Shown piece after piece: positions 50,003 to 63,820 of a DNA stretch of 64,000 nucleotides (positions are counted from its first letter, which is position 1; every line of letters starts with the position of its first letter). The translations under genes were made by a program, and so were the position numbers. Source of the DNA: Selaginella moellendorffii (lineage: Eukaryota; Plantae; Lycopodiophyta); contig NW_003314275.1 in the NCBI RefSeq assembly GCF_000143415.4, forward strand, positions 2,027,419 to 2,091,418. Reading direction: 5' to 3'. The notes under the pieces were generated by a model. The model was not told where the DNA came from. It searched no databases and worked only from the letters and a program-made list of their open reading frames with translations.

Positions 50003-51436
50003 TTACATTCCAAGAACCAATGTCCCGGGATCACGTAGCACCAAACTATTGTCTAACTTTTCTTGATCCGGGCACGATCCATCCAGGGAAACCCACCAGG
50101 TCTTGACTTGGCGATCCAATCCACCACTCACAACCCGGGCTCCAGCCCCGATAGACGAGGAAGAACAAGCAGCCATAGACACCGATTTCACCGGGCCTTG
50201 ATGCCCCTTGATCACGCACAAGCACGAGTGAATCGCTGTGAATCTCTCCCTCGACCACACGCGGATCGTCCTATCGGCGGATCCACTGCAGAGAAAGAAA
50301 TGCCCATCTTGGACGCCGCTGGAAATCGCGAGGCACAGCACCGCCATGCAATGGCCCCGCAGGGCATCCACCGCCGCCATATGCATCGCCGTCTCCTCGC
50401 GCTCCCACACCACGATTGATCGATCGCTCGACGCCGAGTAGAGGTAGCCCGACGAAGAATCCAGCGCCAGGGCGTTCACTGACGATTTGTGGCGCTCCAG
50501 GACCGCGACGAGCGACAATCCAATCTGTGCCTTGTTCTTCCCTCCCAAGAAAGAAGAACGCTGGGAATTAGAACAGAGCTCCCAGGCTTTGATCTTGCCA
50601 TCGGCGGCAGCGGTGTAGACAAATTGCTGCGCGGCGGCCACGGCATTGATCGCATCGTCGTGGGCCGCGCGCACGGAATTCAGGCACTTCCAGTCAGCGG
50701 CGCGCCAGATCTTGAGCGATCGGTCCCAGGAGGCCGAGAAGACGAGATCTTTGGTGGCGGCCAGGCACGAGACCGCGTCGGCGTGCTGGATCCAGAGCTT
50801 CTTCCGGTGGCGGCGCACCTGGATGTAGCTCGAGGGCAGGATGGATCGCGAGAGGACGTCCTTGACTGTGGGAAGAGTGTGGCAGAGCTCGATTTCCTCG
50901 CTAATTATTCCCTGTTCTTGACGATGGCGCTTCTTCTTTCGCCACACACGAATCTTCCCGTCCTGGTGGGCGGTCAAGACGCAATTTTGATGCTCTAGAA
51001 TGGCTTTGATGCTGCCCCCGCGCGAGCCCACGGCCTCGATTTCCTTAGAAGCGCAGGGATTTTGGTGGATTCCATGGCTCTCGGTGCCGACGAGGAGGAG
51101 CTCTGGGCTCTCTGTGGCGCAGAGGGCGGTGATGCCGGATTTGGAGGCGATGGTGGTGGAGGGCAGCGACTTGTAGGGGAAGTTCTTGAAGACGCAGCTG
51201 GTGTAGAGACACAGGAGCGCCGAATCGACGCTGCTACCGCGCTGAAAGGACGAGACCGATGGGAGGCTCGAGGCAGAGGACTGATGCGAATAAGAAGATC
51301 TGATGGAGAGTTTAAAGTCGATGGAAGACGAGGAATTGGAACATCGGGAGAAGGAAGAAGTCGAAGAGCAAGAAGCTGTTGACGATTCTAGCGAACTTGC
51401 CTGATCAGCTGCGCTATTGCAAAGCCCGAGCTCCAT
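50003..51436 (-). CDS. Single-exon WD40-repeat protein (JINGUBANG-like family)
   Basis: 477-aa ORF with TAHQDGKIRVW, RRHRKKLWIQHADAVSCL, SASWDRSLKIW, AHDDAINAV and SGSADRTIRVW. Confidence 0.9.
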   Translation of the reverse strand: MELGLCNSAADQASSLESSTASCSSTSSFSRCSNSSSSIDFKLSIRSSYSHQSSASSLPSVSSFQRGSSVDSALLCLYTSCVFKNFPYKSLPSTTIASKSGITALCATESPELLLVGTESHGIHQNPCASKEIEAVGSRGGSIKAILEHQNCVLTAHQDGKIRVWRKKKRHRQEQGIISEEIELCHTLPTVKDVLSRSILPSSYIQVRRHRKKLWIQHADAVSCLAATKDLVFSASWDRSLKIWRAADWKCLNSVRAAHDDAINAVAAAQQFVYTAAADGKIKAWELCSNSQRSSFLGGKNKAQIGLSLVAVLERHKSSVNALALDSSSGYLYSASSDRSIVVWEREETAMHMAAVDALRGHCMAVLCLAISSGVQDGHFFLCSGSADRTIRVWSRERFTAIHSCLCVIKGHQGPVKSVSMAACSSSSIGAGARVVSGGLDRQVKTWWVSLDGSCPDQEKLDNSLVLRDPGTLVLGM

Positions 51437-52737
51437 TTTCGGCTGTAAGGAGAGACCCTTTTAGCAAAATGGAGCCAGGAGAGCGATTCCGCGGGGTCAG
51501 CACGCGAAGTTCATGAATGATCGGATTTTTCGTTTGGTCAGCCAAGCGAGAGAGAGGGAGATGGAAGGGAAACTTCTATCAACGGTCGTATTTAAAGAAA
51601 GGAGATATGAAAGATCCGGTTGTTCCACGCGGGCATCGTTCCAGCTAGAAGGCACTGTGAGTTGCTTATCTTATCCATACTTTTCACTAAATTGATTGAT
51701 TCATAGTTTAATCCACGAAGGCATTAGGCATTCCTCGAGAAAGTGTCCCTTGATCCGCTAAAGAATCGTTTCTTCTTTCTCTACAACAAACTAAACAATT
51801 GATTCGACGGTAGCTTTTGGTTTGCCCGACCGGACCAACGAACAAGTTGCGCTTAAAAAACTTGAAAGTCTTTTCGCTACAAGGGATTTGTTTTTCAAAG
51901 GAAATCTTCCCAGTCGTTGATCGATGATCAATGGGCCGCCGCCTTTAAAACACACACTTTCCTGGTCGATTGAACGATAATCTATGGACTATTAGCTGTG
52001 ATCTCATGGAGGGTCTCATCCGTTATATGTTTTGTAGCCATCTTTGGACTAGCAAGCAAATCATTCTTTTTGCTACTTTCCTAACACGCCAAAGATCCAT
52101 AGCTGTGTACGCGGGGAGCCATTCGCGACCACGATCGATCATATTCTCTGTTTTTCCAATTCTTTTTGTTCACGATCATCAAGCGCGATTGTACCGGGCC
52201 GTGCTAACTTGCCGGACGATCCAGAGAAATAAAGTGGTGACGTTTCCTCTCGCGGATAAGATTGGAGATTTCAAGGCCCAAAGGGTGAGTGGGGCGCTAG
52301 CAGGAAAGCAATCGTTCCCCTCAGTGGAATCGTGGTCCCCCAGGCAAAAACTTCCAGAGCTGCGAGACGAAATCCCAGCCGTCCGATTTCTACACTTTCT
52401 TCTAGAGCGCGCGAAAAAGTATTCTAAAGCGCGTAGCATACCCTTGTTGTATCTCATCAGAGATATCATATTTGACTGTTTATATACGAGAATATTTAAA
52501 GCGTATAGACATCCTATCACGTTAGTGACAGTAACTTTGGAGCTAGCTCTAGCAGCGTAGCGTATAAAAAATGCAAGCTATCTGTATGTCACAGCAAGCA
52601 AAGAAACAATCCACCTGATGCGAGCAAATCACGAGAAGCAAAGATCCAAACAAAAAACAAAAAAAAAAAAAAAAACTAAGAAACCACTCACCAAGCCAGG
52701 AAAAAAGGAAGAACAATGAGGAGGAGAGGATTGAGAG

Positions 52738-54919
<2,182 letters not shown>

Positions 54920-54948
54920 CCGCGAGGAGACCTAGAACAAACACAAAC

Positions 54949-54957
54949 AAACCCTAA
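54949..54957 (+). promoter_or_regulatory. Telo-box AAACCCTAA in the short divergent promoter between PAP and the NXPE-like gene
   Basis: Exact AAACCCTAA inside the ~150-bp head-to-head interval. Confidence 0.45.
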
Positions 54958-55068
54958 AGCGCCATAGCCTAGTTATATTCCATTTTTGACCTTTTTCTCC
55001 CTTTTGATACTGGTGTTTGGCGCAGCGGCGCGAATTGACAATGGCAGAGGAGAGGCGCGATTCATTCC

Positions 55069-56878
55069 ATGGATCACCCCAGGAAGAATTTCACCCCAGC
55101 GGCCGCATTCGCGGCGTTTGGATTCGCGTGCGTCTCGCTAGGGCTTTATGTCGCGCTGCTTCCTCCGGAATATCTCGATCGCGGCTCTCTCCCTGCGGGA
55201 TTGTGGGCGAGAGCTCCGGATCTCTCTTCCGCGGAGATCCTCTTGCGGCGGGTTGCTGAGAATGGGACGCAGGGATGCCACAACGTATCCACCGCAGCTG
55301 CTGTCTTGTTTGGGATTCCTCGAGCGGAGGATGGAGGCGAGATTACGCTGGCCGCGGATGAAGTTCACAAGTTCTGGATCGTTTCGTATGCTGCCGATGG
55401 ATCCAGGCGATGCTCGGGGGGAGATTTTTACGAGACCGACATCTCAGGTACTTTTCTTCGCGCTTTTCTTTCACAGATTAGAATTTTCAACGCCAAGCTC
55501 TTTTGTTCTTGAGTTTGTTTCCTTCTTGTTTCTCTGGAAGTTGCTTGCTTTCTTTGCTAGCGTTTAGATTCCCGAGTCTCTCATTCCATCTGGTTTGATA
55601 TGGTTTTCCTGATGGTACCTTGTTCCTAGTGTGTGTGATTGCTCTTTCCTTCCATTGATTAAAAATTTCGATTGGTATCAAGCAGGCCCGACTTGGAAAT
55701 CACGTCCACCGGTGACGGACTTGGGAGACGGCTCCTACCTGGTGGAACTCAAAGTCAATGGCGACTTCGCTGGAAGCTACAACTTCACGGTCAGTCTTGT
55801 CTACACGAACTTCCACGGGCTGGATCACCTCCCGGGAAAGTGGGCCTTCAAGAAAGAGATGTTCCGCCTGCTCATCAACTTCACGGCCGGGAGTCGTCGG
55901 CGTAAACACCAGCTCCACACTTGCGCCGCCAGCGACTTAAGATCGACGACTTCACCACCATCCCAATGGCAGGGAAGATGGTCCAGGACCAAATTCAACA
56001 GCTCATGTCAGCTAGACAAGAACGGCCGCTACCTTTGCTTGGATCCGGCCGAGCAGTGCGACGAGAGCCAGTGCTCCGGAGCCATCAACAGCCTGGAGAG
56101 CAACGGCTGGGTCTACTCCGCGCACTGCAAGTTTCGGATCTGGAACTCTGCTGAGGCCTGGCAGTGTCTCGACGGGAAGAAGCTCTTCTTTTGGGGGGAC
56201 TCGAATCACCAGGACACCGTCCGGAACCTCCTCAACTTCGTCCTGGGACACCAGCTGAAATTCGTGGATAGGATCTTCGTCGCCAACTTCACCAATCCAG
56301 CAAACCCGTCGCAGGTGGTCCGGCTGGCCTCGATTTTCAACGGGCACCCGGATCCACATCACAACTTCCTGGGCCTGGGATCGTTGTATGTTCCTCAGTA
56401 CCGCGATTTCGTCCGGTCAGTAGTCCGCCAGGGTGGTATGCCGGACGCAGTGATCCTCAACTCGGGCATCCACGACGGCATGAACTGGAAGACAATGGCG
56501 GAGTTCCTCGAGGCTGCCAGGAACGCGTCCGTGTTTTGGAAGGATTTGCTCGGGGACGAGAGCAAAGCTCGGGTGGTGTTTCGCTCCACGGTTGCTACCG
56601 GCCTCGGGTTTAGAGATCTGGGGTCCAATCCACACAAGATGGAAGCTTTCAATTCCATCCTGGGCGAGGAGCTCGCCAAGGAGCTCGGGGGCTTGGAGCA
56701 CTTCATGTTCGTGGACGACTATGATATCACTTTCCCGTGGCACTATGATTTCTGCTGTAGCGATGGCGCTCACTTTGGACAGCCACCGGCCTTGAAGTAT
56801 TGGTTTGATCGAATTGGACACTTTTACTTTGTGGATCTAATGCTTGTGCATATACTGCTCACTGCGATTTGCTCGTAA
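55069..56878 (+). CDS. NXPE/PC-esterase (SGNH-like) type II membrane protein, putative polysaccharide O-acyltransferase or esterase
   Basis: Exon 1 at about 55069-55448 (N-terminal TM segment, GGDFYETD) and exon 2 at about 55686-56878. Ig/filamin-like DLGDGSY, WGDSNH (GDS) and SDGAH (DxxH) motifs. Confidence 0.75.
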
Positions 56879-57444
56879 AACTATGGTCATCTTTCACTAA
56901 AAGGTTCATAGATAACACTTTTAAGATCCGAGATCAATAAAAATGAGAGATTTTTTGCTCATACTTGCATCTGTGATGAGGTAAATCACGCTTGGAATTC
57001 AAACTTTCCCTTCTTCAAGATGAGCTTGCATTTGTAACCCAAACTCTTCATCACGGCCCGTTTCTTAGCCCTCTTTACCATGGTTTTACTGTGCTGTATT
57101 TTCACAACCTCTAGTAGCACCATGGTGAACGTACACCTCTCACTGAGTAGCTCCAGCGCGGTGACCACGTGGCCTCTCCCCAGCAGCCGCTTGACCACCT
57201 CTTGACTTGACTTTTTGCTGACCATGACTCGCGAGAGCCATGCCGACATCTTTGGGCCCTCACGTAGCATGGCCTCGATACTCTCCGGGAATGCCCATCT
57301 TTCAGATGCGTGGTTGATTTGAAGAGCATCTGGTACGCTTCCTCGGGATTGTCATGCAGATCTAGCACTAGCCGCAAGCATTGTCGTGCTGGAAGCGCCC
57401 GAGCAGTTCAGTCGCATCAACCAGCACGCCAGTGTTGTTCGCCA

Positions 57445-57448
<4 letters not shown>

Positions 57449-57500
<52 letters not shown>
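57449..57500. repeat. Compound (GT)n(GA)n microsatellite
   Basis: Directly visible, about 80 bp upstream of the E3 ligase ATG. Confidence 0.95.
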
Positions 57501-57580
57501 TAGTTTAGGGCACCAGGAAGTTTGAGAGTTTTTAGGGCACCAGGGAAGATTCATGGTTTTAATATTAGATTTTTTAGGGA

Positions 57581-60027
57581 ATGGAGATATGGAGGCTCGA
57601 CGCCGCGGAGCCAATCGTCCAGCAGGTACTAGCGGCACAGCCATGGGAGGCGCTTCAGCGGCGTAAGCTATTCCTCCTCAATCACGTCGATGGCGAGATC
57701 GAGGACGAGGACGGCGACTGCGCCAATGGCTTCATCCTCGCCGATCCAATACCCTCGCCCTACCTCGGATCGCTGTACGCCGGCGCTTGCAGCGGCCGCA
57801 AGCACAAGCGCGAGATCGAGGTCGCCGATCGCCAGCCGGAGCACCAGATTCACGCCAGCGATGCGTGGTTCTGGTGTAATCTCTGCAACAAGGAGGTTTC
57901 TTTGGAATCCCTGGCGCTCGCGAGCTCCTCCGGGTGTTCTTGCCTCTTTTGCCGCGGCTGCCTGGAATCGGTGGTGTCCAGCGCGATCAAGGACGTTCTT
58001 CGCAGGAATCCTCCCCAGGTTTTGGATCCCGGCCCCAGCAGCAAGTCTCAATCGAAATGCCCCAAGCTGATGATCGATCTCACGAAGGATGACGGCGATG
58101 GCGACGACGATTGTAGCATCGTTGGCGAGGTAGCGTCTTCTTCTTCGTTTTCTTCTTTGTGGGACTATCTCCCATGTCCGTCACCATTCTGCCGGGGGAA
58201 GTTCCGGCTTACAGACATCCAGTCCGTCTCTCCGGATTGTTTCGCCCAGTGGGAGGCAGCAGCCAGCGATGCTCTCGTCAAGAACAGTGGCTCCTTCGTC
58301 AAGTGTCCGGGTTGCCAGGTCGTGATCGAGAAAGTCGAGAGTGATTTGCCTCCGGGGCTGGCTCTTTCCGGGGTGCCGGAGTTTGACAGAACGGTTCCTT
58401 TCACCGAGCTCGACGACGATGGCAATCGTCTCTCTCGCCGCGCCATGGTGGACAAGGCCGTGAATCGCTTCCGGTGCGTGGTTTGCAGCATGGACTTTTG
58501 CGCTGCGTGCTTGCAACGCCCCTACCACCTGGGAAAGACTTGCGAGGAGTTCTCGCTCGAGAAGAAGGCTCTGCGGTGCATCTACTGCGATCAAGTGTGT
58601 CGGCACGAGATCAAGTCGCTCGTCGGTGGGAATGATGTTGGGAGTTCTTCGGTGAAGGATATACGAAGTCGGCTTGAGCAGGAAGGGGTGGACAGTGGAT
58701 GGTGCGTGGAGAAAAGTGATCTTGTCGCGGTGGAGAGGCTGTGCGATCGTGTCTGCCAGGAAATGGAGTGTAGGCAACGGTTGAAACAAGCTTGCACGCG
58801 CAACTTACACTGCGGACACCACTGCTGTGGAGTGAGAGGTGAACGAAATTGCCTACCTTGTCTAGAGGTACCTTGTTAGGATTGCCTTGAGTCCTTGTGT
58901 GTTCTTCCTCGGTTTTATGCTTTTGGTGGTGGTGGATGCTTCCTTCTCGACGTTCATTTTTCTTCGTCTTTGTTTCCTTGCTTCGAGTTTTTTGAGCTCC
59001 TGATTTTGTTTTGTGCTGATGTAAACGACTGTTTTTTCTTCGTTTATCTCCTCGTCTCCAGTTTTTCATGAATCTATTTCACTTTCTGTTTTGGCAAAAT
59101 AGTTCACACTCTCTACTTCTTCCTTTACAGGAGGAATGCCAGAAGCAGAAGCTCTCGGGAAAGGCATTGGCGTCTGCTGAGGACTTTTGTGGCATTTGCT
59201 TGGTGGAGGTGCTTCGTTCGGCCCCTTCAATTCTGCTTCAGTGTGGCCACATTGTGCACTTGCATTGTGCCAAGCGACAAATCCAGCAGGGATGTCCTGG
59301 CCCTCAAATTTCATTCGGGTATTTAAAGTGCCCCCAGTGCAAGCTTCTTATGAAGCACAGTAAGCTGGACGCGGACATGCACAAGCATTTGACGACAATG
59401 GACCAGGTAAGCAGCACGCTGGTTTTAAACTTCTTGAAACTCTTTCATTGTTGCCTTTGCAGATCAAAGCCAGAGCAATCAAACGTTTGAAACTGGAAGG
59501 AGTTTATGACAAGCTCAAGGCTAGTTGCAGCTCTGATGACAAACTGACTTCCTTGGCCTTGGAGCAGTACCAGTATTATATGTGCAGCAAGTGCAAGAAC
59601 CCGTACTACGGTGGGAAGCGGAACTGCGGTCCAAACTTGGTGTAAGAGTTTTCTTTGTTTGCGCACTGCATAAGTTCTCAGAGCGTGGATTCTTGACAGG
59701 GAGGACCAAGGACGGCAATACGATCCCTCGGAGCTCGTTTGCGGTGGATGCAGTGCTGGTGCCGATGGCAAGTGCAAGCTTGGTCACGGTAACCAGTTCG
59801 TCGAGTTTAAGTGTCGGTTTTGCTGCTCCATAGCGACGTTTTTCTGCTTTGGAACCATCCACTTCTGTGACAGTTGTCACGGGATCTGGCCTCAGCAGCA
59901 CTCGAGCTCGTACGTGCTTCCTCAGTGCAAAGGGCCCCAACACTGTCCACTGGGAATAGCTCACGCTCCAAACGGTAAGGAGCATTGTTTGGGTTGTTCT
60001 ATGTGTAGAAGCCAAGAGCAGCTATAG
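57581..60027 (+). CDS. E3 ubiquitin ligase: RING1/IBR-like N-terminus plus MYCBP2/PHR-type RING and tandem-cysteine (RCR) C-terminus, 4 exons
   Basis: Exons at about 57581-58867, 59131-59406, 59463-59641 and 59700-60027. Motifs ACTRNLHCGHHCCGVRGERNCLPCL, DFCGICLVEVLRSAPSILLQCGHIVHLHC, GPQISFGYLKCPQC, YYMCSKCKNPYYGGKRNC, YDPSELVCGGC, EFKCRFCCSIATFFCFGTIHFCDSCH, CPLGIAHAPNGKEHCLGCSMCR. Confidence 0.85.
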
Positions 60028-60165
60028 AGCAACAAGCTGAACAGATTTTTCCAAAGACGAAGTTCTTGCTGTTCTTTTGTCTCGTTTATTTATTTTGGAG
60101 TTTACGCACATAGGTAATTTTTTTCTTAAGTATTATCATTTTTAATTTTAATTTTTTTCTTCTGC

Positions 60166-60875
60166 TTAAACTGGTCCTGGTGCTGGCGCTGGTGCTGGTG
60201 CTGGTGGTTTTGCAGGACGAGTGCAACACTCGAGCGTTCCATCATCGTTGGTTGCGAGAGTAGCAATTCCCACGGCTTCCCCAGTGCCATACTTGCAACT
60301 CAGCCTGGTTCCCTCCAACGAGCAGCTGCTTCTTGGATCTGAGGTACACGTCTTGACATTCAGGGAAGCTTTGTCATTCTGTGTACTGTCGACTCTCTTG
60401 CAGGAAGCCAGCAGCATCCCGGTGGTGTCGTTGTAAGACTTAGCAGTGCAACTATCGAGAAATCCACCGCAGGAGCCGGAGCCAGAGCCGTCGCTGGTCC
60501 TGCAACACACCAAGCTTCCATCGTTGTTGCTGGCGTACCTCTCCAGGTCGACGGGGAAGGAATCGTTGTTGGTGCAAGTGAAGATCGCGTTTGGTGCTAG
60601 CGAGGAGGTCCGGAGCTGGCAATCGGCGACTCCACCGCACTTTTCTATGCTCAAGCTCGAGTTGTGCATGGAGCCATTAACCGCTCGGCAGCTCGCTTCT
60701 AGGACTTTGTTTGTGTAGGAGAGGGGTGTACAGCTTCTCAGGAAGCCTCCACATTGATCACAGCTCTACAAAAGAAAAAAAAAAGTCAAGTGTTTTGGAG
60801 TCTCTTTACTATGCTTACCACAAGCACTAATGTGTTGATTACAGCCACCAGCAAGATGCACAGAAGCTTATCCAT
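60166..60875 (-). CDS. CVNH-like secreted protein, copy 7, with Ala-Pro repeat tail
   Basis: Exon 1 at 60819-60875 (MDKLLCILLVAVINTLVLV) and exon 2 at 60166-60765. Ends RPAKPPAPAPAPAPGPV*. Confidence 0.82.
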
Positions 60876-61863
60876 TGTGATATGGCTAACACTGATGAGT
60901 GGTTTGTGGTATTACTTAAAGTACCTTCTTGATCTTCGTTAGGTCCGGAATGTATGTTAAAGGACAGAATGGCACTGAAGACAGCCATTTGTATGTGTAT
61001 GCTAGGGACGTATGATACGATGCATGTAAAAGTCTGGTGAAAAACATTTAATAGGATTTTAAGCTTAGTCTATTGTAATTAGTTAAATGACAATATGCTA
61101 AACTTAACCATTTGGGACAACTTATTGCCCAGCATATGTTGCATGGTTAGCAAACACTGTTTTGATTGTTATAATTTTGTTAAATTGAAAACTAAATCCT
61201 CAATGGAAATTATCAAATGCATTGAAGAATTATTAAATCCAGGTGACATAGCAGTGAGTCTCCATAGCAAAAAATTAAAAGTTAATGGCAGTTAACACTT
61301 TGCATGTGATATTTGTCATAATGCCTTCTTCTTTTACCTCACGCAATTGATAACTTCCCATTGGCTGAAAGCAAACATCAGCATGATTATTAGCTAAGAC
61401 ATGGTTAAAGAGATAACCCTTTGACAGTTAACCCCTATTGGATGGCTGCCATTGGCTAGATCCACAGCCCAGAAAGTTCAGCAACTCCTCCTTATTGTGA
61501 TAGATTATTTTATAAGATTTTAGCTTCAGTTTAATTTTATTGGTTAGAAAAATGTTATTATAATGATTGTTTATTATTTTTAGATTTATTAATTTTAATT
61601 TCTGGTGAGAAAGTCAAAAGCTGTTAGCCCATCCATTAAAAAATAATAATAAAATCTGGATCATTAAAGGCACAAAAAAGGAATCTTCTCGAAGAAGCCA
61701 GTAGTGTGCTAATTGAACACCATTTTTTTTGGCCAGGTGGCAACAAAGAAACGGAAGGACATACCATCTTTAATCTTCCATACAAAATGTGGGGAGGCCT
61801 CATGAATTCTCTTTTTTCAAAGTAATTTTACTATGTTCGTGCAAATGTCACATTCTCGTAAAC

Positions 61864-61870
61864 CTATAAA
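61864..61870 (+). promoter_or_regulatory. TATA box of CVNH-like copy 8
   Basis: CTATAAA about 40 bp upstream of the ATG at 61909. Confidence 0.5.
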
Positions 61871-61908
61871 CACGCATACTTCTGTGTTACTAACATTGAC
61901 ACAAAGAA

Positions 61909-62600
61909 ATGAAGCAAGCGATTAGAGCTAGCTGGATTTGGACCTTGGCGATCATCTCTTTTGCAAAATGCAAGTTCTTTGTTGTAAGTATTCTATAATT
62001 TCCATGTTGATTGTCGCTAAATTCTCTTCTTTTGTCCTGATATTTGCTTAGAGTTGTGCTGAACCTTGTGGAGGATTCATGAAAAGCTGCACACCTCTCT
62101 CGTATGAGAATTTTGTCCTCAAAGTCGAGTGCAACACAATCAAGGGTACCCCCCACACCACAGACTTTGACCTGAGAAGCTGCGGGAATGGAGTCTCCAG
62201 CTGCGAAGTCCACGTTGAGCCATCGATTCCACTCGTCTGCGTCGATGCCCGCGAGGCAGCAATCGACATGAACACCTATGCCGGGAACGACGACGGATCC
62301 ATCGTTTGCTGCAACAATCCCAAGATCCAGGCTTGCGGCGATTTCCTCGACACGTGCACGCCCATGGGCTACGATCAGGCCTCTGGATCGCTCGTCGCGA
62401 GCTGCGAGAGGGACCACGACAAGCCGCCCAACGAAGACGCCTTCATCAATCTCAAGACTTGTACCAGGAGCGCCAGCACAAATTGCAAACTGGACCAAGG
62501 TAAGCTGAGCTGCCAGGACGGGAACGGCGCGCCGATCGATCTGGGTCGCGTCGCCGGCAACCGCGAAGGAGTGCTCTTGTGCTGCGTTCTCCAAGAATAA
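61909..62600 (+). CDS. CVNH-like secreted protein, copy 8 (most divergent, opposite strand)
   Basis: Exon 1 at 61909-61983 (MKQAIRASWIWTLAIISFAKCKFFV) and exon 2 at 62052-62600. Same intron position and Cys pattern as the other copies. Confidence 0.82.
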
Positions 62601-63199
62601 AGGTTGAAGACACTGTCATCCACGTCAAAGAAAAATCCACACTGTCATCCACGTGTATGCGCTTCGAGCAAGTGCGAGTTGCTCCAGAGATGAGCCAACG
62701 CTCGCGTGCATCCATTCGAGGATCATTCTCTCCGACACCACGAGTGGGTATGGTGTATCATAAACTGGTTAAAGTTTTTAGTAACCACTTTAATGGCCAG
62801 TTTAATAGGACAAGAACCAAGAATTCCGTCACGCTCGTGGTGGGGGAAGAGGAGAGAGCATTTAGGGCAGAGCCATACATTCTGGATTACTGCGTGGTGC
62901 AGTCGTTGCTGGATAAAACGAGCCGAAGCAGCGATGGTTTCGTCCCAGTTAGGTTTGTCTTCTAGGTCGGATAGCCGTTTGAGAGCTCGTCCCATGAGCG
63001 CCAAACGAGCTACGGCAAAGAAAATCAGTTCCTTTTTCGCTGAGAAGACGCGCAAGTACAATAGGGAGGAGAAGCTTGAGATTCTTAACCTCTTCCTAAA
63101 CTGTGCCGCATACTGTTCTCAAAGGTCTTGGAAATCTGCTCTCAAAACGCAAATTAAGCTTGCCAACAAAATAAAGGAGTTCAATCAAGAGATAAGCTT

Positions 63200-63820
63200 A
63201 ATTTTGCTGGGCAAAAAAGAGTTAAAATGACGCTGCAAGGCAGGGAAGGCCTGAAGCAATGGTAGGCTCGGACGCATGGGTTGACACAGCTCGGAAGAAA
63301 TATCAGACAGTGGTTGATGACCGTATTAAGGAAATTGTCGTTGCATTCTGGACTGAGCGCACGCGAGTCTCCCCGAATTCCAAGGATGTGAAGTCTTATA
63401 GAATCAACAGCTTGGAATATGAAGAACATGCAACTCATTACTTGGAATGCACTCAGGTATCCTCTTTCCTTTTGTCTTGATTCTACTTTAGCAGGTTTTT
63501 GTTGGAAGTTCTAGGGGTTCTACTTCTAACAGGTTTTTGTTGAAGTTTTGTCACCTGATATTCAGATAGGCTTAACGAAGTTCGAGAACTTGAAGCCGTA
63601 CTTTGTTACGCCAATGACACAATACAACGTTTGCTGCTGTCAATATCACATGTGAATGGAGTTTTTGTGCCAAGGCTTGGTGAAGATGAGAAGTAGCAAA
63701 GGAGGTGTGCACACCAATTGGACTTCTAAATGCCTGGTTTGTGGAGATTGGCGACCAGTGTGAAGTGGAAACCTGAACACCAAAGAACTTGCATGAGTTA
63801 TGAAGGAATGCAGTTTGTGC
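63200..63820 (+). pseudogene. Probable DNA-transposon-derived coding remnant
   Basis: VAFWTERTRVSPNSKDV...HATHYLECTQ and IGLTKFENLKPYFV...VCCCQYHM*. The CxCxxH-type motif is seen in transposase-associated proteins; there is an in-frame stop. Confidence 0.35.

Noticed and set aside
51970-52560. 196-aa + strand ORF
   Set aside because: TTG start, no motifs, and it lies in the WD40 promoter and PAP 3' region.
56986-57377. Short minus-strand ORFs between the NXPE-like and E3 genes
   Set aside because: The frames are discontinuous with no recognisable motif; possibly PPR-like debris, but not supportable.
61890-62594. 234-aa minus-strand ORF
   Set aside because: It is the antisense shadow of GC-rich CVNH copy 8, whose splice sites and motifs are on +.
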